NCBI GenBank assembly: GCA_964016885.1
Contig: OZ024758.1
Coordinates: 1,116,001 to 1,180,000, forward strand
Direction of reading: 5' to 3'
Length of the DNA: 64,000 bases
From: Eledone cirrhosa
Lineage: Eukaryota
Numbering within the stretch: the first letter of the stretch is position 1; each line of letters starts with the position of its first letter. This document shows, in pieces, positions 15,100 to 29,320 of this stretch. The notes beneath the pieces are model-generated. The model did not search any database and had not been told where the DNA came from. It saw only the letters and a list, made by a program, of their open reading frames with translations. The position numbers and the translations under genes are program-made.

Positions 15100-15719
15100 C
15101 TACACAATGAAATGTGGAAAAAAAATATTAAGAAAATATTAAAAAGTCGCACGAAAATTAACGTAAAAATCGAAAGTCATAAAGTTCTTCTTTTCTAACT
15201 TTTTATTACATACATGATTAAGAACTGTATAAGTAATGATGAGATGCCTCGTTCGATTCCACTGTAGGAATATCTGAAGAAATATGAGGGTGGTCTGAAA
15301 AGTTCATTGGCTGACTATGAAGGAGTGATGCTAGAATTGTGAAATCTTGCAACACTTCTTATTAATAACTGCATTGTTTATTTCCAGGGATTATGTTGAA
15401 AAATAAACCTCATTCCTTGAAAGTATCTTGGTCAGCCTATGATCTCGTATGTTTTACCGTGGCTTATGGTCAACCGAAATCTATATTCCAATTCCAGACT
15501 GTTAAATAATAGAACGACTGGATCCCCTGTACACAGTATTTCTACCTGTATGTGAAACTGAGAACAAATATTGTTTCTATTTTAGGCACAAGGTCAGCAA
15601 TTTTAAGGGGAGGGAAAAGACTATTAAATACACCCCAGTATATTACTGGTACTTTAATTTATCGACACCAAATTGAGAACAAAGATAAAAATACTTCAAT
15701 ATTTAAAATTCCTTCAAAC

Positions 15720-15848
15720 CTTTCAACTCTGCCATTGCCACAAAATAACTGTCCGTGATAATAATGAAGTGATGGTGACAAACTGCTTCTTTTATTTCCG
15801 ATGTTAACTTGTATTGAATAACTATAATTTGCTCCTCGTTTAACCGAT
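15720..15848 (-). CDS. PAPPA: Pappalysin exon J (SVKRGANYSYSIQV...SPSLHYYHGQLFCGNGRVE); not in the ORF track
   Basis: Acceptor gtttcag, weak donor gtttga; 129 nt, phase 2 to 2; resembles human YQY...PSPAVTYIHGSGYCGDG. Confidence 0.88.
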
Positions 15849-16020
15849 CTGAAACAAAAATGGAAAATTGAGAGAAAAATTATATAACTTACTAAAATGT
15901 ATATCTTTCGTTACTCGGTAATTCTAATCGTATTTGTAATTTTCTTCTCAAAATCAATCAAACTAGTAGGAATTCAAGTGTGAAAGGGAACTAATAATAA
16001 TAATAATAATAATAATAATG

Positions 16021-16055
<35 letters not shown>

Positions 16056-16300
16056 CAAAGTGGTCCCGATTGTCATAGGCGCAATAGGTACTATCTCAAA
16101 AAGTTTCCAGGGATGGTTAAAGAAAATTGGCCCCGCCACGCTTTTTGGAACGCTTCAAAAGGCATGCTTGCTGGGAACAGCAAGAACCCTCCGATACGTC
16201 CTGAATATCTGAGGCTGCAGGTAGTGGCTTGATATTCATTTCAATAAACTTTCCAGTTAACTAACATCAATGACTGAGACTCAAAGAACAATAATAATAA
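16056..16300 (+). mobile_element. 3' end of an R4/Dong-like (RLE) non-LTR retrotransposon in a (TAA)n array; its 3' UTR recurs at about 24592-24672
   Basis: VVPIVIGAIGTI...LQKACLLGTARTLRYVL* is the typical C-terminus of this group; (TAA)n on both sides. Confidence 0.85.
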
Positions 16301-16387
16301 TATATATATATATATATTGTGTCTCCTTATATATGCAAGTATATACATGCTATAGTTACATAGCTTCTAATTGAATGGATGGAAGCA

Positions 16388-16466
16388 TGAGTGGCGTGTT
16401 GGTGTAGTGGGAACACATTGGTCCGGAAAACCAAAGATGTGGATTCGAGTGTACGTCAATACTCAT
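16388..16466 (+). pseudogene. Degenerate tRNA-like sequence (pseudo-tRNA or SINE head)
   Basis: A box TGGTGTAGTGG, anticodon-like arm TTGGT/ACCAA with 7-nt loop, GATTCGAG; T arm and acceptor stem are broken. Confidence 0.4.
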
Positions 16467-16615
16467 TCTTTTTTCAATTCAGAGGGTTCTTTTTAAAATC
16501 CCAACCAACAGACTAATTTTATTTAGTCAAATACGGCATAAGCACATGTTACTACCTATTTATATATATATGTATATATATATATACATATATACATATA
16601 CATACACACACACAC

Positions 16616-16662
<47 letters not shown>

Positions 16663-16663
16663 T

Positions 16664-16702
<39 letters not shown>

Positions 16703-16894
16703 AATACACACACACACACACATATATTTAGTGCTAAGCTTATACACACTTATTACACATTTATATTTTCGTTTATGCGTTGTTGCAGCGTTACGATAAC
16801 CAGCCAATAAATAAATGACTAAATTAAGGAACAAAACATTAAATTAAAAACCTATAATGACGAAGAATGCAAAACTTAATACTATAAGTGTTAC

Positions 16895-17064
16895 CTATCA
16901 GTATACATCGTGTTACTGGTGTAGACAGGTCTTGGAAATTTCGGATTTCGTATCACTTGGTATTTTGTTGGTCGGCAACTGTTACAAACCTTAGCGCTTG
17001 CCGGCGTCGAAACTATTTGAATGGCGTCAATGCCAAGGTAGACATTATTTGTGTATACACGAAT
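16895..17064 (-). CDS. PAPPA: Pappalysin exon I (IRVYTNNVYLGIDAIQIVS...CNSCRPTKYQVIRNP)
   Basis: Acceptor tacacag, donor gtaaca; 170 nt, phase 0 to 2. Confidence 0.92.
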
Positions 17065-17159
17065 CTGTGTAAATATAAGGAAAATCAAAGTGTATTTATA
17101 AGTATACACACACGTACATACATATGTGTGTGTGTATATATATATATGTTATATATATG

Positions 17160-17249
<90 letters not shown>

Positions 17250-17370
17250 CCAAAGTATTAAAACGATCGAATTTTAATTTAGAACATTTATTAGCTGACA
17301 ATTGTTTCTTCCGGAGAAAAGTCGAAGTCTGTACTAAGTACTACCCTACATATTTATAGTTATATCAAAC

Positions 17371-17446
<76 letters not shown>

Positions 17447-18189
17447 GCGAATATTGGCCAGAATTTATGATACGTAGAAAACCAACAGCCAACAGCAGGA
17501 CAAAAGAGGAAGATGTTTTTTGAAGCTAAAACCCCAGTGAGAAAATTTGTTCCGAAATTATTGCAAGTATCCGACGAACCTGCAGTTCTAGAATCAGACA
17601 CATCCATACAATGATCGTGTCTCAAGCTGTCTGCCGTCGAAACAATTGTAACACACAATAAATTGAGTCCAGATGCATCACTGATTTTTCGTTTTATATT
17701 ATATATATATATATAATAAAATAGGCATGTAGTAAAATATTGTTGATTACAGTGAGCAAAAGTTGAAGATATATACAGAGAGAGGGAGAGAGTCAACGTC
17801 AGAGAAGTAGAAAGAAGCAGAAAAAGAGCGAAGCTAAGGGAAATAATTAGAGACAAGAAGATATTACTAATACTATCTACCGGTCGCAAATCCAGGCTGA
17901 AGGAACATACGTGAAATAAAGTTTCTTGCCCAAGGACATAACACATAGCCCGGTCCGGGAATCGAACACGCAGCCTCACATCTGCGAATCCAATTCTCTA
18001 ACCACTCAATCACACGTCTTATAAGCCATAGAACCCATAAACCATATCAGTCTAATGCCGTTTTTTTTTTTGTTATTGAACCGGCCAATATTCACTTCAA
18101 TAATTTATTAATTTTGAGAGCATGATGTTATTATTTCATCATCTCTAGATTCTTTCTCTAAAACATAATAGTTAAAATATTCTAGTTAC

Positions 18190-18343
18190 CTTCTTTACTT
18201 TCTTGTTGTAATTAAGTCTTGCAGTAAATGGCATATCACAGAACGCCGTCACTGGACCGAGAGAATCTGTTGTTCCATCTACGAAGTAAAACTTCACATT
18301 CTTTATTCCATCTGCTGCCTCCCACACGACCCAAATACTGATT
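18190..18343 (-). CDS. PAPPA: Pappalysin exon H (ISIWVVW...SLGPVTAFCDMPFTARL)
   Basis: Acceptor ctctcag, donor gtaact; 154 nt, phase 2 to 0; resembles human LTIWV...SLGPQNVFCDVPLTIRL. Confidence 0.92.
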
Positions 18344-18750
18344 CTGAGAGGAGAAACACAGATAATATAATCTTACAAAATTAAAACATATTTTATTTAC
18401 CTCTTAATCGATCTCTCACAGGATGAAGACAATACCTTAGATATTCAAGATCAGGGGTATCAATCAAGAAAAGGTGGAAAAAGGCCCAAACTCAAGACAT
18501 CTGTAGAACCTCATAGACATGTGAGGCCGATGCGCTTTATGTCACGAGGGTGGGCTGAAAATATCTTTTGGCTGACTATGAAGGAATGATGCTAGAGCAG
18601 ATATATTACACTCTATATATATCGATGGATTGATTGATAAATCTAAAAAAAAGTATTATCCAATGCTTATACTATAAGATAAAATAGTCGATATAAATAA
18701 CAATGGTACCAATATTCTAATAAATATAATTTCAAACATCAACGACTTAC

Positions 18751-18868
18751 CGTTGTGGAATTACATTGTACTTAAATCCAAATTCTATATAACACTTTTC
18801 ACTGCAACCATAATTTTCTTGCATCCAAGTCATTCTACTGGCTTTACAGAGCTCAGCATCTGGTGGAC
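18751..18868 (-). CDS. PAPPA: Pappalysin exon G (PPDAELCKASRMTWMQENYGCSEKCYIEFGFKYNVIPQR)
   Basis: Acceptor taaccag, donor gtaagt; 118 nt, phase 1 to 2. Confidence 0.9.
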
Positions 18869-18967
18869 CTGGTTATTTGGAAAGGAAGTGAGACAATAGT
18901 TTATGGAGAATGTAAAATAGCAGTTAATCTTGACATTAAAAAAAATCGCTATTTGGTCGTTCTACAG

Positions 18968-19292
18968 CAGAGGTTCTCAAAGTTTTGGGGACACCACTTC
19001 CCCAACGGCCACGTAATACCCTCACCAACCCCGCACCTATTTCCAGAGAGACCTGCCTACACGCAAATTGTAAATAATATATAATAAATAAAATTGTTAA
19101 TTTACATATAATAAATAATATAATATATACTATGTATAAATAAACATTATATATATTTTTTTATTTTACTATATTTTTATAAAATATGTATCATTTGATA
19201 TTTAATATATTATTATCCTCTCTACCACCCACATCACCCTCTTAGGCCGCAAAAAACCCCAGGGGTGGTAGCACCCACTTTGAGAACCCTTG
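18968..19292. mobile_element. hAT-type MITE with 8-bp TSD TTCTACAG
   Basis: TIRs CAGAGGTTCTCAAAGT / ACTTTGAGAACCCTTG; TTCTACAG at 18960-18967 and 19293-19300. Confidence 0.9.
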
Positions 19293-19432
19293 TTCTACAG
19301 TCTGGAAATAACAACCACCTCTCAACTAACCACCATCGGCAAAGAGTTTGCTACTCGGAGGTGTGGACCCCGCAAGCTGGAATGGCTCTTCCAGCGCGGC
19401 ACCCACATCACCCTCCGAGGACTAACACTTAC

Positions 19433-19619
19433 CAAGGGCTTCTTCTTTCTTCCAATGTAGCTTCCTCTTTGAATCACTTGGTGCTCGGGCACTTGAAGCA
19501 TACTGCATAAGAGAACCGTCTCCTAAGCACATATCACATTCTGAATGAGGCCCATATACATTTTCTCCCAACCCAGGGATCCATACAAGTCTTACTGACG
19601 TTAGTGTAGCTGCGCCAAC
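19433..19619 (-). CDS. PAPPA: Pappalysin exon F (VGAATLTSVRLVWIP...CDMCLGDGSLMQYASSA...HWKKEEALG); not in the ORF track
   Basis: Acceptor atttcag, donor gtaagt; 187 nt, phase 0 to 1. Confidence 0.92.
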
Positions 19620-19772
19620 CTGAAATTAGAGATATAGTTTATTACTTTATATACTCATCAGAAAATACAACCTGAATTCTATACTCGATAATAGACTGGG
19701 ACACCTTTCATGTTTTATAATTTCTATTGATTACATTTTATCTATAAATAAATTTGAGCGACTTCCGTTACA

Positions 19773-20051
19773 CACTAGAGATGACAGAGGAAGGAAGGAG
19801 TGATGACGTCAGGCACTAGAGATGACTGAGGAAGGAAGGAGTGATGACGTCAGGCACTAGAGATGACTGAGGAAGGAAGGAGTGATGACGTCAGGCACTA
19901 GAGATGACAGAGGAAGGAAGGAGTGATGATGTCAGGCACTAGAGATGACAGAGGAAGGAAGGAGTGATGACGCCAGGCACTAGAGATGACAGAGGAAGGA
20001 AGGAGTGATGACGTCAGGCACTAGAGATGACAGAGGAAGGAAAGAGTGATG
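19773..20051. repeat. 41-bp minisatellite, about 7 units (CACTAGAGATGACAGAGGAAGGAAGGAGTGATGACGTCAGG)
   Basis: Unit starts at 19773, 19814, 19855, 19896, 19937, 19978, 20019. Confidence 0.97.
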
Positions 20052-20685
20052 CCAATCTAAAGAAAACCGTCTATCGTTCATAATTCATCAAATCGAGGGG
20101 AATGAAACGTCGACATCTCATTTCTACAGCTGAGTAAACTGGAGCAACGTGAAATAAAGTATCTCGGTCAAGGAAACAACACATCACTCGGTCCGAGAAT
20201 TGAACTCACAACCTTTCGATTGCAAGCCCAATGTTCTAACCACTGAGCCATGCACCTTCACATTTGATATTTGATATATTACTATATCATCTCTACCTCC
20301 CACACCGCCCCTTTAGGTCGCAAACACCCCCGCGGGTGGTATCACCCACTTTGAGAACCCCTGTTCTACAGCCTGGAAATAACACCCACCTCTTTACTAA
20401 CCACCTTCGGCACAGAGTTGGCTACCCGGAGGTGTGGAACCCGCAAGCTGGAATGAATCTCTCACTTCTCTTTCGCCTCTATCCTTGTTAATTTATATAG
20501 ATCGAATCAGCATTACTTCATTAATTATCGGAAGAAGATTATCGAACACTATTTTGCTAAAGTATCGAAGCTAAGTTGTAAGAAAATGAATAAATCAACT
20601 TATGTAATTACTCTATTATAATTAATATTCTATACCTCTTTTGTAAATTATTATGATCAGTAGAGCGGAAAACACAGCAGACCAA

Positions 20686-20747
<62 letters not shown>

Positions 20748-21328
20748 GCACACACACATATATATATTTGTGTATAAGCATAAAATCTATAAATAACATT
20801 GCGCTACAATCTACGTATATAACGCCTGATTAAGTCTTGGTGGAAATCAAATACATATTCTGTTTACAACATTTATATCATTTATATCATTTATATCATT
20901 TATATCATTTATATAACAATTGGCTGATAATCTAGAAGACGGAAGGCATATAGCTTTTATATTATTTAAACTATCCGTAAGACTATTGACTGGAAATAAA
21001 TGATTTATATTAAGTATGATATATGTATTACTGATATAGTTTTTAGATTGTGTTCTGTAGTATAGAACATGTTTGTATAGCTTAGATAACACAGGATTTA
21101 ATAGACAGATGTAAATAGTACGGCTTGAAATAGAATACATTTATAGGTCAGCTGAAACGTTCATAGACTGGCTATGAAGGAGTGATGCTAGAGCTTTGAA
21201 ATCTTGCCTGCATTAATTTTAATAACATCTATAACATCTTTTTCTGACGACCGATCCAGGCGTATATTATTATTGGGATCCAGAAACCTTTGGCAATGGG
21301 GTAGTTATATATTGTGTTGTTCACTTTG

Positions 21329-21411
<83 letters not shown>

Positions 21412-21936
21412 CTGGAATTATTTTACATGTAAAAATATATATATGTTCTTATATAAATTAATTTAACAAGATTTGGCTGTGGTGGAGTACAAACATCGTC
21501 TAATACCAGAATACGAAACATTACAATGGACATGTGCCAACCGTCTGAACTGTACTGGCAAGTTCGTTACATAAAGGTTGATACGTTAAGGATATATTAC
21601 AAAATCTTGTAGCCTTATCTATGGTAATAGAGGGAACTATTTTAGTAGATATATTTTCGTACCAGTGCAAATTAATATCTACATAACATATCAAATGTGT
21701 AAATTAGCAGATTTGTACAAATCGACAATATCATTTTCTACTTTCCTAAAACAATATCAATGTATATATTCGGAAACAGGTTTACAATTTCAGTTCTTTA
21801 AAAGCTTAATAATTGTTTCTACGTTTTGGAACAATGCCAGCATTTATCCCAGTGCATTACTGGTTCTTTATTTCATCGACCCCGTAAGGATGAAAAGCAA
21901 AGTTAATAATGCCGTGTATGAGTATGTATGTATATA

Positions 21937-22017
<81 letters not shown>

Positions 22018-22120
22018 AATGTAGAAAAGTAACACACGTGTTGATATATATAAACAAATAGTAAAGTTTTATACTGAAAAAAAATCTCTCAAGCCTTTTC
22101 TACTGAAAAAAAAATGTTTC

Positions 22121-22186
<66 letters not shown>

Positions 22187-22300
22187 TTCAAAATCTTAAT
22201 AACTCCGGAAAACCAAATTCAGTTGAGTGCTTCCAATCTATTGTAAAACTAATTCTTTGATTTATTCATCGAACTTTGTTTAACCTTAACCTTTAACCTT

Positions 22301-22372
<72 letters not shown>

Positions 22373-23190
22373 CATATATATATGAAAAGCAACCTCGTCT
22401 TCAACGAGATTTGAGTTGAGATCTCAAAACAACCTAATTAAATAACGCATGTCATTTTATCCAATGTTCTAAAGATTTTGCCCATCCCTCACCATAATGT
22501 AGATAAATAATAAACAACGGAGGCCACTTATTGTCCTTCTCCGACACAACTCTTCCCCCTCGGAAAACCTCCTGTTGATGAATGTGAAATCCGAAATATA
22601 GGGACTATTAAATCCCCATCAAGGTAACCCTATCTCTTGTTACTTTTCACACCTTTCTTACATTCTTCTACGCTCTCTACGTCTTTTTCTACGCTTCCTC
22701 CTAATTCTCCTTCCCGCACAATACCACCTGATTTTGTTACCAGGAGATTGACCCATATGCATTACTGAGGCTTCCAAAAGGTTTATTGTTATAATTCCAT
22801 TCATTTTATTTAGGGTTAGGTTTACCCTGCCAAGGCGCAGAATGGCAGAATATATACTGCATTTGAGAAAACCGCTTGTGTTATCTATTTATATCGGCTT
22901 ACATTTTAAGTTCAACTCTCAACAAGGTCGACTTTTCCTTTTATCCTTCCGGGGGTCGAAGACATAAAGCGCCGATCAATAACTGGAGTTAATCTATAAC
23001 GCGTTTCATTACATTTGTGGGGTGGGGGTGGGGTGGGAGGGAATTAGGCATTTATTAGAAATCGATATTAATATTAAAATCATGTTTTTTTTTCTTTCTA
23101 GTTCTCGTTAACTTAAGTAAATAATATAGTGGCGGGAAAAATAAACACACATATATATATCACCATAATAACAACAACAACAATAATAAC

Positions 23191-23254
<64 letters not shown>

Positions 23255-24986
23255 GTAATAATAATAATAATAATGTAAAGAAGAATAAGTAAAAGAGAAA
23301 GAGTAAGGAAAGCTACATAAGTAGAAAGAACTACTAAAATTACTACGACGATAAGAAGCAGGAGAGAAGGAAAAAGAAATGGCGGCCAACAACCGCAGTA
23401 TGAGTCATTTTTGGTAAGTCACTTAAATACTGCTTGGGAAGATAACAATACAATAACACCATACAACAACTATAACAACTATAACAACTATAACACCATA
23501 CAACAACTATAACAACAACTATAACAACTATAACAACTATAACACCATACAACAACTATAACAACTATAACAACAACTATAACAACACCATGATGATGGT
23601 GGTGGTGGTGGTGGTGGTGGTGGTGGTGGTGGTATTGATGATAATGATGATGATGACCACAACTACCAGGACGGGCATAGTGATAGTGGTGGTGGTGGTA
23701 GTGGTGGTAGTGATAGTGGTGGTAGTGATAGTGGTGTTGGTGGTGGTGGTGGTAGTGGTGGTAGTGATAGTGGTGGTGGTGGTGGTGGTGGTGGTGGTGG
23801 TGTAGGTGGTGGTAGTGATAGTGGTGGTGGTGGTGGTGGTGGTGGTGGTGGTAGTGATAATGGTGGTGGTGTAGGTGGTGTTGTTGGTAATGGTGGTGGT
23901 AGTAGTAGTATTGGTGGTAGAGGTGGTAATGGTATTAGTAGTGGTGATGAAAACGATAAGACCAAGGGAAGCCCGTAGCCGCAGCAGTAGTAGTTACAGT
24001 AGCAGCAACACGTCACTCGGTAGTAAAATCTACGTTTCAATGAATGTGAAATATATGCAGACATTTTATAACTATTTATGTATGAAAACAATGAAAACAT
24101 TATCTGTATCACACCCACCACCACATATACATACCGGATAGTCATTCAGTAGTGTTTTTATATCTTAGATTTTACATGCATCTATATATATGAATGTATG
24201 TATGTATGCATGCATATATGTATGTATGCATATATGTATGTGCGTATGCATGCATGCATGTATGCATATGTACGAATATATGTATGTATGCAAGCGTGTA
24301 TGCATATCTATGTATGTGTGTATGTATCTATGTATGTATGCAAGCGTGTATGTATATATCTATGTATTTATTATAAATGCATGCATGTATGTTTGCATGC
24401 ACACGTATTTGTATATCTATGTATGTATATGTGTGTGTTTATGTATGTATAAGTGTATGTAGGTATGTGTGAGTATGCAAGAATGTATGTATGTATGTAT
24501 ATGTGTGTGCATGCATGTATGTTTGTATGCATGTGTTTATGTATATCTATGTATATATGTGTGTGTGTATCCGTATGTATGTCCTCAACATGTGAGGCTG
24601 CAGGGAGAGGCTTGATGTTCATTTCAATAAACTTTCCAGTTAAATACCATCAATGACTGAGACTCCAATAATATTAATTGTTTCTACTTTTGGCACAAGG
24701 CCAGCAATTACCCCAGTGCATTACTGGTACTTTATTTTATCGACCCCGTAAGGATGAAAGGCAAAGTTAACCTCGGCGGGATTTGAACTCAGAATGGCAA
24801 GGGCCGTAACTCCATGCGTCAAAGCATGGCGGCCGACCTTCTACTGATACTGCCAAATATTAATAATAATAATTGTTTCATTTATTGGCCACAAGGGCCG
24901 ACATGTAGGGGACAATACAAAGACACAGACAGTGGGGGTTTACAATAAGCTCGAGTAAAAGTGCACAATGGAAAGAGCCATCTTAC

Positions 24987-25108
24987 CTTTGGAACTAAAG
25001 GCACAGGCGAGGGTTTTATTGTGGTTAGCCACGGTTGGTAGACAAGATCCAAATAACAATGCATTCGGGCAACCTGCTGAGGTGTAAAATGATCCGTACA
25101 GTTGTCGC
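24987..25108 (-). CDS. PAPPA: Pappalysin exon E ([26 protein letters not shown])
   Basis: Acceptor gttgtag, donor gtaaga; 122 nt, phase 1 to 0; near-identical to recalled human [23 protein letters not shown]. Confidence 0.96.
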
Positions 25109-25323
25109 CTACAACGATAAACGTCATCTACATAAAAACAAATATTGAAGTCATACACAAGTTTGATGTCAATTGTCACAGAATAGATTCCACAGAACTT
25201 ATGTTTGCAGTTTCACTCCCGAGGAGAAATATAAGTTTGCTGCTTCGCTGTTTCAAAATGAATGATTTTGAAACGCTCTACTGATACTGCCAATGCACAC
25301 ATAAATCAGAATAAAGACAAAGG

Positions 25324-25375
<52 letters not shown>

Positions 25376-25769
25376 GATGATGTTGATGATGGTGATGTTG
25401 ATGATGATGATGGTGATGATTATGATGATGATAATGTGCTTATTCATGAGTATGAAGATTCTGAAAAAAGTGCATCTAAGTTATTTGATGCTGACATATC
25501 GTTTCTTAACAAATATACGATGATCTGAGAGCAGTGAACACTAATTCCTCCTTCCATTGATGTAAAATGAGGTAAAACTTCTGAAATTTTCTACAATATC
25601 TCTATAAGGAGAGACATATATATCCTAGAGTTTTCAGTGCAGAAATATTTCTATGAATTGAAACGTCAGCAGTGTGGTGTTACCATGTTTAGCCACAAGC
25701 CTGTATAAAAACAATAAAAAGACCAAAACAACGTCGAAATATTATAAAAAGAACGAAAAGATCACTTAC

Positions 25770-26060
25770 TCGCATAACTCATATAGTTACGAAATGGTGT
25801 GTTTTTAAAGGGACCCATTCCACATCTTCTGATGGTCGAATCAGGTTCTCGACAGTTCACATTCTGAGTTGTTGGAAGAGTATCTGAACACAAATCACCC
25901 AGTTCTAAAGAAGGTTCGGTTTCTCGACAAGGGTCATTACATTTTAACTCTGATACTCCGTGGTGGACATGCCAGAGGCCTAGATTATGTCCAAACTCGT
26001 GTACTAATTCGTCTAGCTTTCCAGGTACACCATAACTGTTTGTATCCACAATAGTTCCTC
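25770..26060 (-). CDS. PAPPA: Pappalysin exon D: zinc-binding motif HEFGHNLGLWH and Met-turn NYMSY
   Basis: Acceptor atttcag, donor gtaagt; 291 nt, phase 1 to 1; intact metzincin HExxHxxGxxH at about 26001-25969. Confidence 0.97.
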
Positions 26061-26568
26061 CTGAAATGCAAATATTATATTTATTTATCAATTCACAAAT
26101 TCACCCGTGCAAGATAATGTTATGTAGTTGTTCGTGATATGGTAATAAGAATAATTCCTGCTGAAGCGTTATATGTTACTGTAGAAGATACACATGTACA
26201 GACAGTACATGTATTTATTAATGTCATCAGAATTTAGTTCTGTATTCGTTCTCGAGATATGACTATTTTTTGTTTCTAATTAATTTCTAAATAACCTTCA
26301 TTAAAATAGGGAGTACATATCACTTTCTAAAGGCTAGATTGTACAAACTAATAGATTTGAAAAATATATCAGTAAAATACTCACTAAATAATTGTATCTA
26401 TTAGTTCGGTTATTAAATCGAAACATTTATTCTTATGTTTACTAATCAAAGAAATGCATTGCAGCATTGCTTTTATTGCCACATAAATGGTGTTATAGAA
26501 TTAGGAATGCAACATACATCGTGTGATCCACTGAATTAAAGGGTTTTTCAAAGGCAAGTAATACTCAC

Positions 26569-26705
26569 CCAATGAACTGTAGACGTGTTTCTCCCATGGA
26601 AATGTAGCTAGTCCTTTCAAAGACCAGGAAGCAAAATAGACATTCAAATGTGTGCTTCCGTTGACATTTAAGGCTGTTTTGTATTCGTCCATACTCAGAT
26701 AGATC
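26569..26705 (-). CDS. PAPPA: Pappalysin exon C: protease domain (IYLSMDEYKTALNVNGSTHLNVYFASWSLKGLATFPWEK)
   Basis: Acceptor ctcccag, donor gtgagt; 137 nt, phase 2 to 1. Confidence 0.95.
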
Positions 26706-26750
26706 CTGGGAGAGAAAATTAATACATTTATTATCATTCATAGAAGACTG

Positions 26751-26785
<35 letters not shown>

Positions 26786-26787
26786 AT

Positions 26788-26894
<107 letters not shown>

Positions 26895-27730
26895 TCAGTG
26901 TAAAGCCTACAACAGGTTGGACCATCGATACCCGGTGGCCCTTGTAAAATCAATTGGTTTTTTGACCGTATCTTCATTATAATATACAGAGAAACCTGCT
27001 CACTGGTAAAATTAAACAGCTAAGTATCAGAAACCGTTTAGCATTGAATTATCAGTCAGCCAAGACTGCCTCTTGCCCTTGTACATGTTGCTACTTAAAC
27101 TTTGGCTGTGGAGGCTGCAGACCGTGTAGGGAACACGCCTGAACTCGGTGGGACACAGGAGGCTGCAGACCGTGTGTTGACCCGTGTTTGTATACACATA
27201 TTTAATGGCAATTTTATGTTTAAAAACATCAGAAATTGATGCGATACGAAAGGATCGTTTGGAAAGCCCTAATCAACCTATGTTGTTTCTACCTCCTTCT
27301 TCAGATCCTCATCTTGTTTCTTATATTTTTCTGTATTATTATATTAATAAACTACCGGTAATGCACTGGGTTATTGCTGGCCTGTGCCAAAAGTATAAAC
27401 AGTTATTATATTTATTATCGTGTATTTACTCATATGTCCATAGTGTTATTGTTTCTCGGACTTTCCTCAATTCAAACCCCGACCCCCATATTTTGTCTTT
27501 GTTATTTTTCTATCTATTTCTTCTTTGTAATATCTTCAGTGATTCGGACTCTTGTGGCAAATAAAAGAATTTATTTACATATTTATTTATATATTCATTT
27601 ATGTCTTTATTCATGCAAAGGTGTCTGGTCTGAGGCGCCTTTATGTGCTAGCATGATGTGTTGGCTAGCCAGTCTAAATCGTTTTCTCTTACGACCATAT
27701 ACACATATATGTACACAGACACACACACAC

Positions 27731-27859
<129 letters not shown>

Positions 27860-27897
27860 ATACATATATATATAAATATATTTACAAAAACTGTCAA

Positions 27898-27966
<69 letters not shown>

Positions 27967-28432
27967 TATATATATATATGAATATATATATATGTGTGTG
28001 CGTGCGTGTGTCTGTGTGTGTGTGTGTCTGTCTATAACCACAATTGCCAAAACTTGTATCTCCGGCCACACACTATCATCACTAATGTTTCGATGCTAAA
28101 GATAAAATTACTACCATTTTCTGACAGCTTTACGATCTTAATATTTCATAGCGGAGTGATAATATAGACTGGTGGAGCGACGAAGTGATATGGACGTGCA
28201 ACAGTTGCAACAGTTTCGGCCATATTTGCATCAAATCAGCTTTAGAAACCACATAATACCATACAGACCACTAACACTACAGATATTTGTCAATACAACA
28301 CACTCGCACCTATACATACAAATGTACACACACAAAGATATGTTTCGTATGCGCACTAATATGCACACACACACACACGCACACATATTTCATATGCGGA
28401 CCCATATGCACTCATATACATATATATACTCA

Positions 28433-28468
<36 letters not shown>

Positions 28469-28520
28469 GGAAAAGGTTCAGGACCCCGACGGCAGAGCTC
28501 AAGTTGTTTCGACGGGTATT

Positions 28521-28566
<46 letters not shown>

Positions 28567-28683
28567 AGTATATGTTGGTTGTTTACCGACACCTCAGTAT
28601 GCAGATTGGAGCACTCGACGAAGTACGCAGGCTGGTTTGTTTACTCCGGAGTAATGTAATATATGTATGTATATATATATTTA

Positions 28684-28748
<65 letters not shown>

Positions 28749-28968
28749 TCATATAATAATAATAGTAATAAACGAAAGAAATATATTTTATATCATCTCT
28801 ATTTATTTCATTATATATATTTCGAAGGTGCAAAGTTTTATGTATAACATAAAGCAAAACATGTTCTCCTCAGACAAAATATATAGAAAATGTATATATA
28901 TATCTTTTCATGATATGCTGGTAGACAAACGGACTGGACAAATCGGTGACCACCAGTGTTATATACTA

Positions 28969-29027
<59 letters not shown>

Positions 29028-29320
29028 TGTGTATGTGTGTCTGTCCTGAAACAATGAGCAGATTAACAAAATATAGAGGAAGGGTATAGAGTTGTGAAGT
29101 AACTCTTCATATGTAACGTCTATTTCGTTAAGATGAACTTTTGTTTCCTTCAAGATCGATAAAATACTCCGATAGATATTTGACCAAATTACTTGAAGGA
29201 GCAGCTCAGCCATGTCCTAAATACAGACTCTGAAACCAGTAAAAGAGTAAACGAACTAAAATAATACAGAAATAACAGTCAGTCCTGATGTAGGATAGAG
29301 AAGTTGAAGTGTTAACTCTT

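Noticed and set aside
19773-20051. CRISPR-like reading of the 41-, 33- and 27-bp arrays
   Set aside because: Units are head-to-tail with no unique spacers, no cas genes are present, and the context is a eukaryotic intron.
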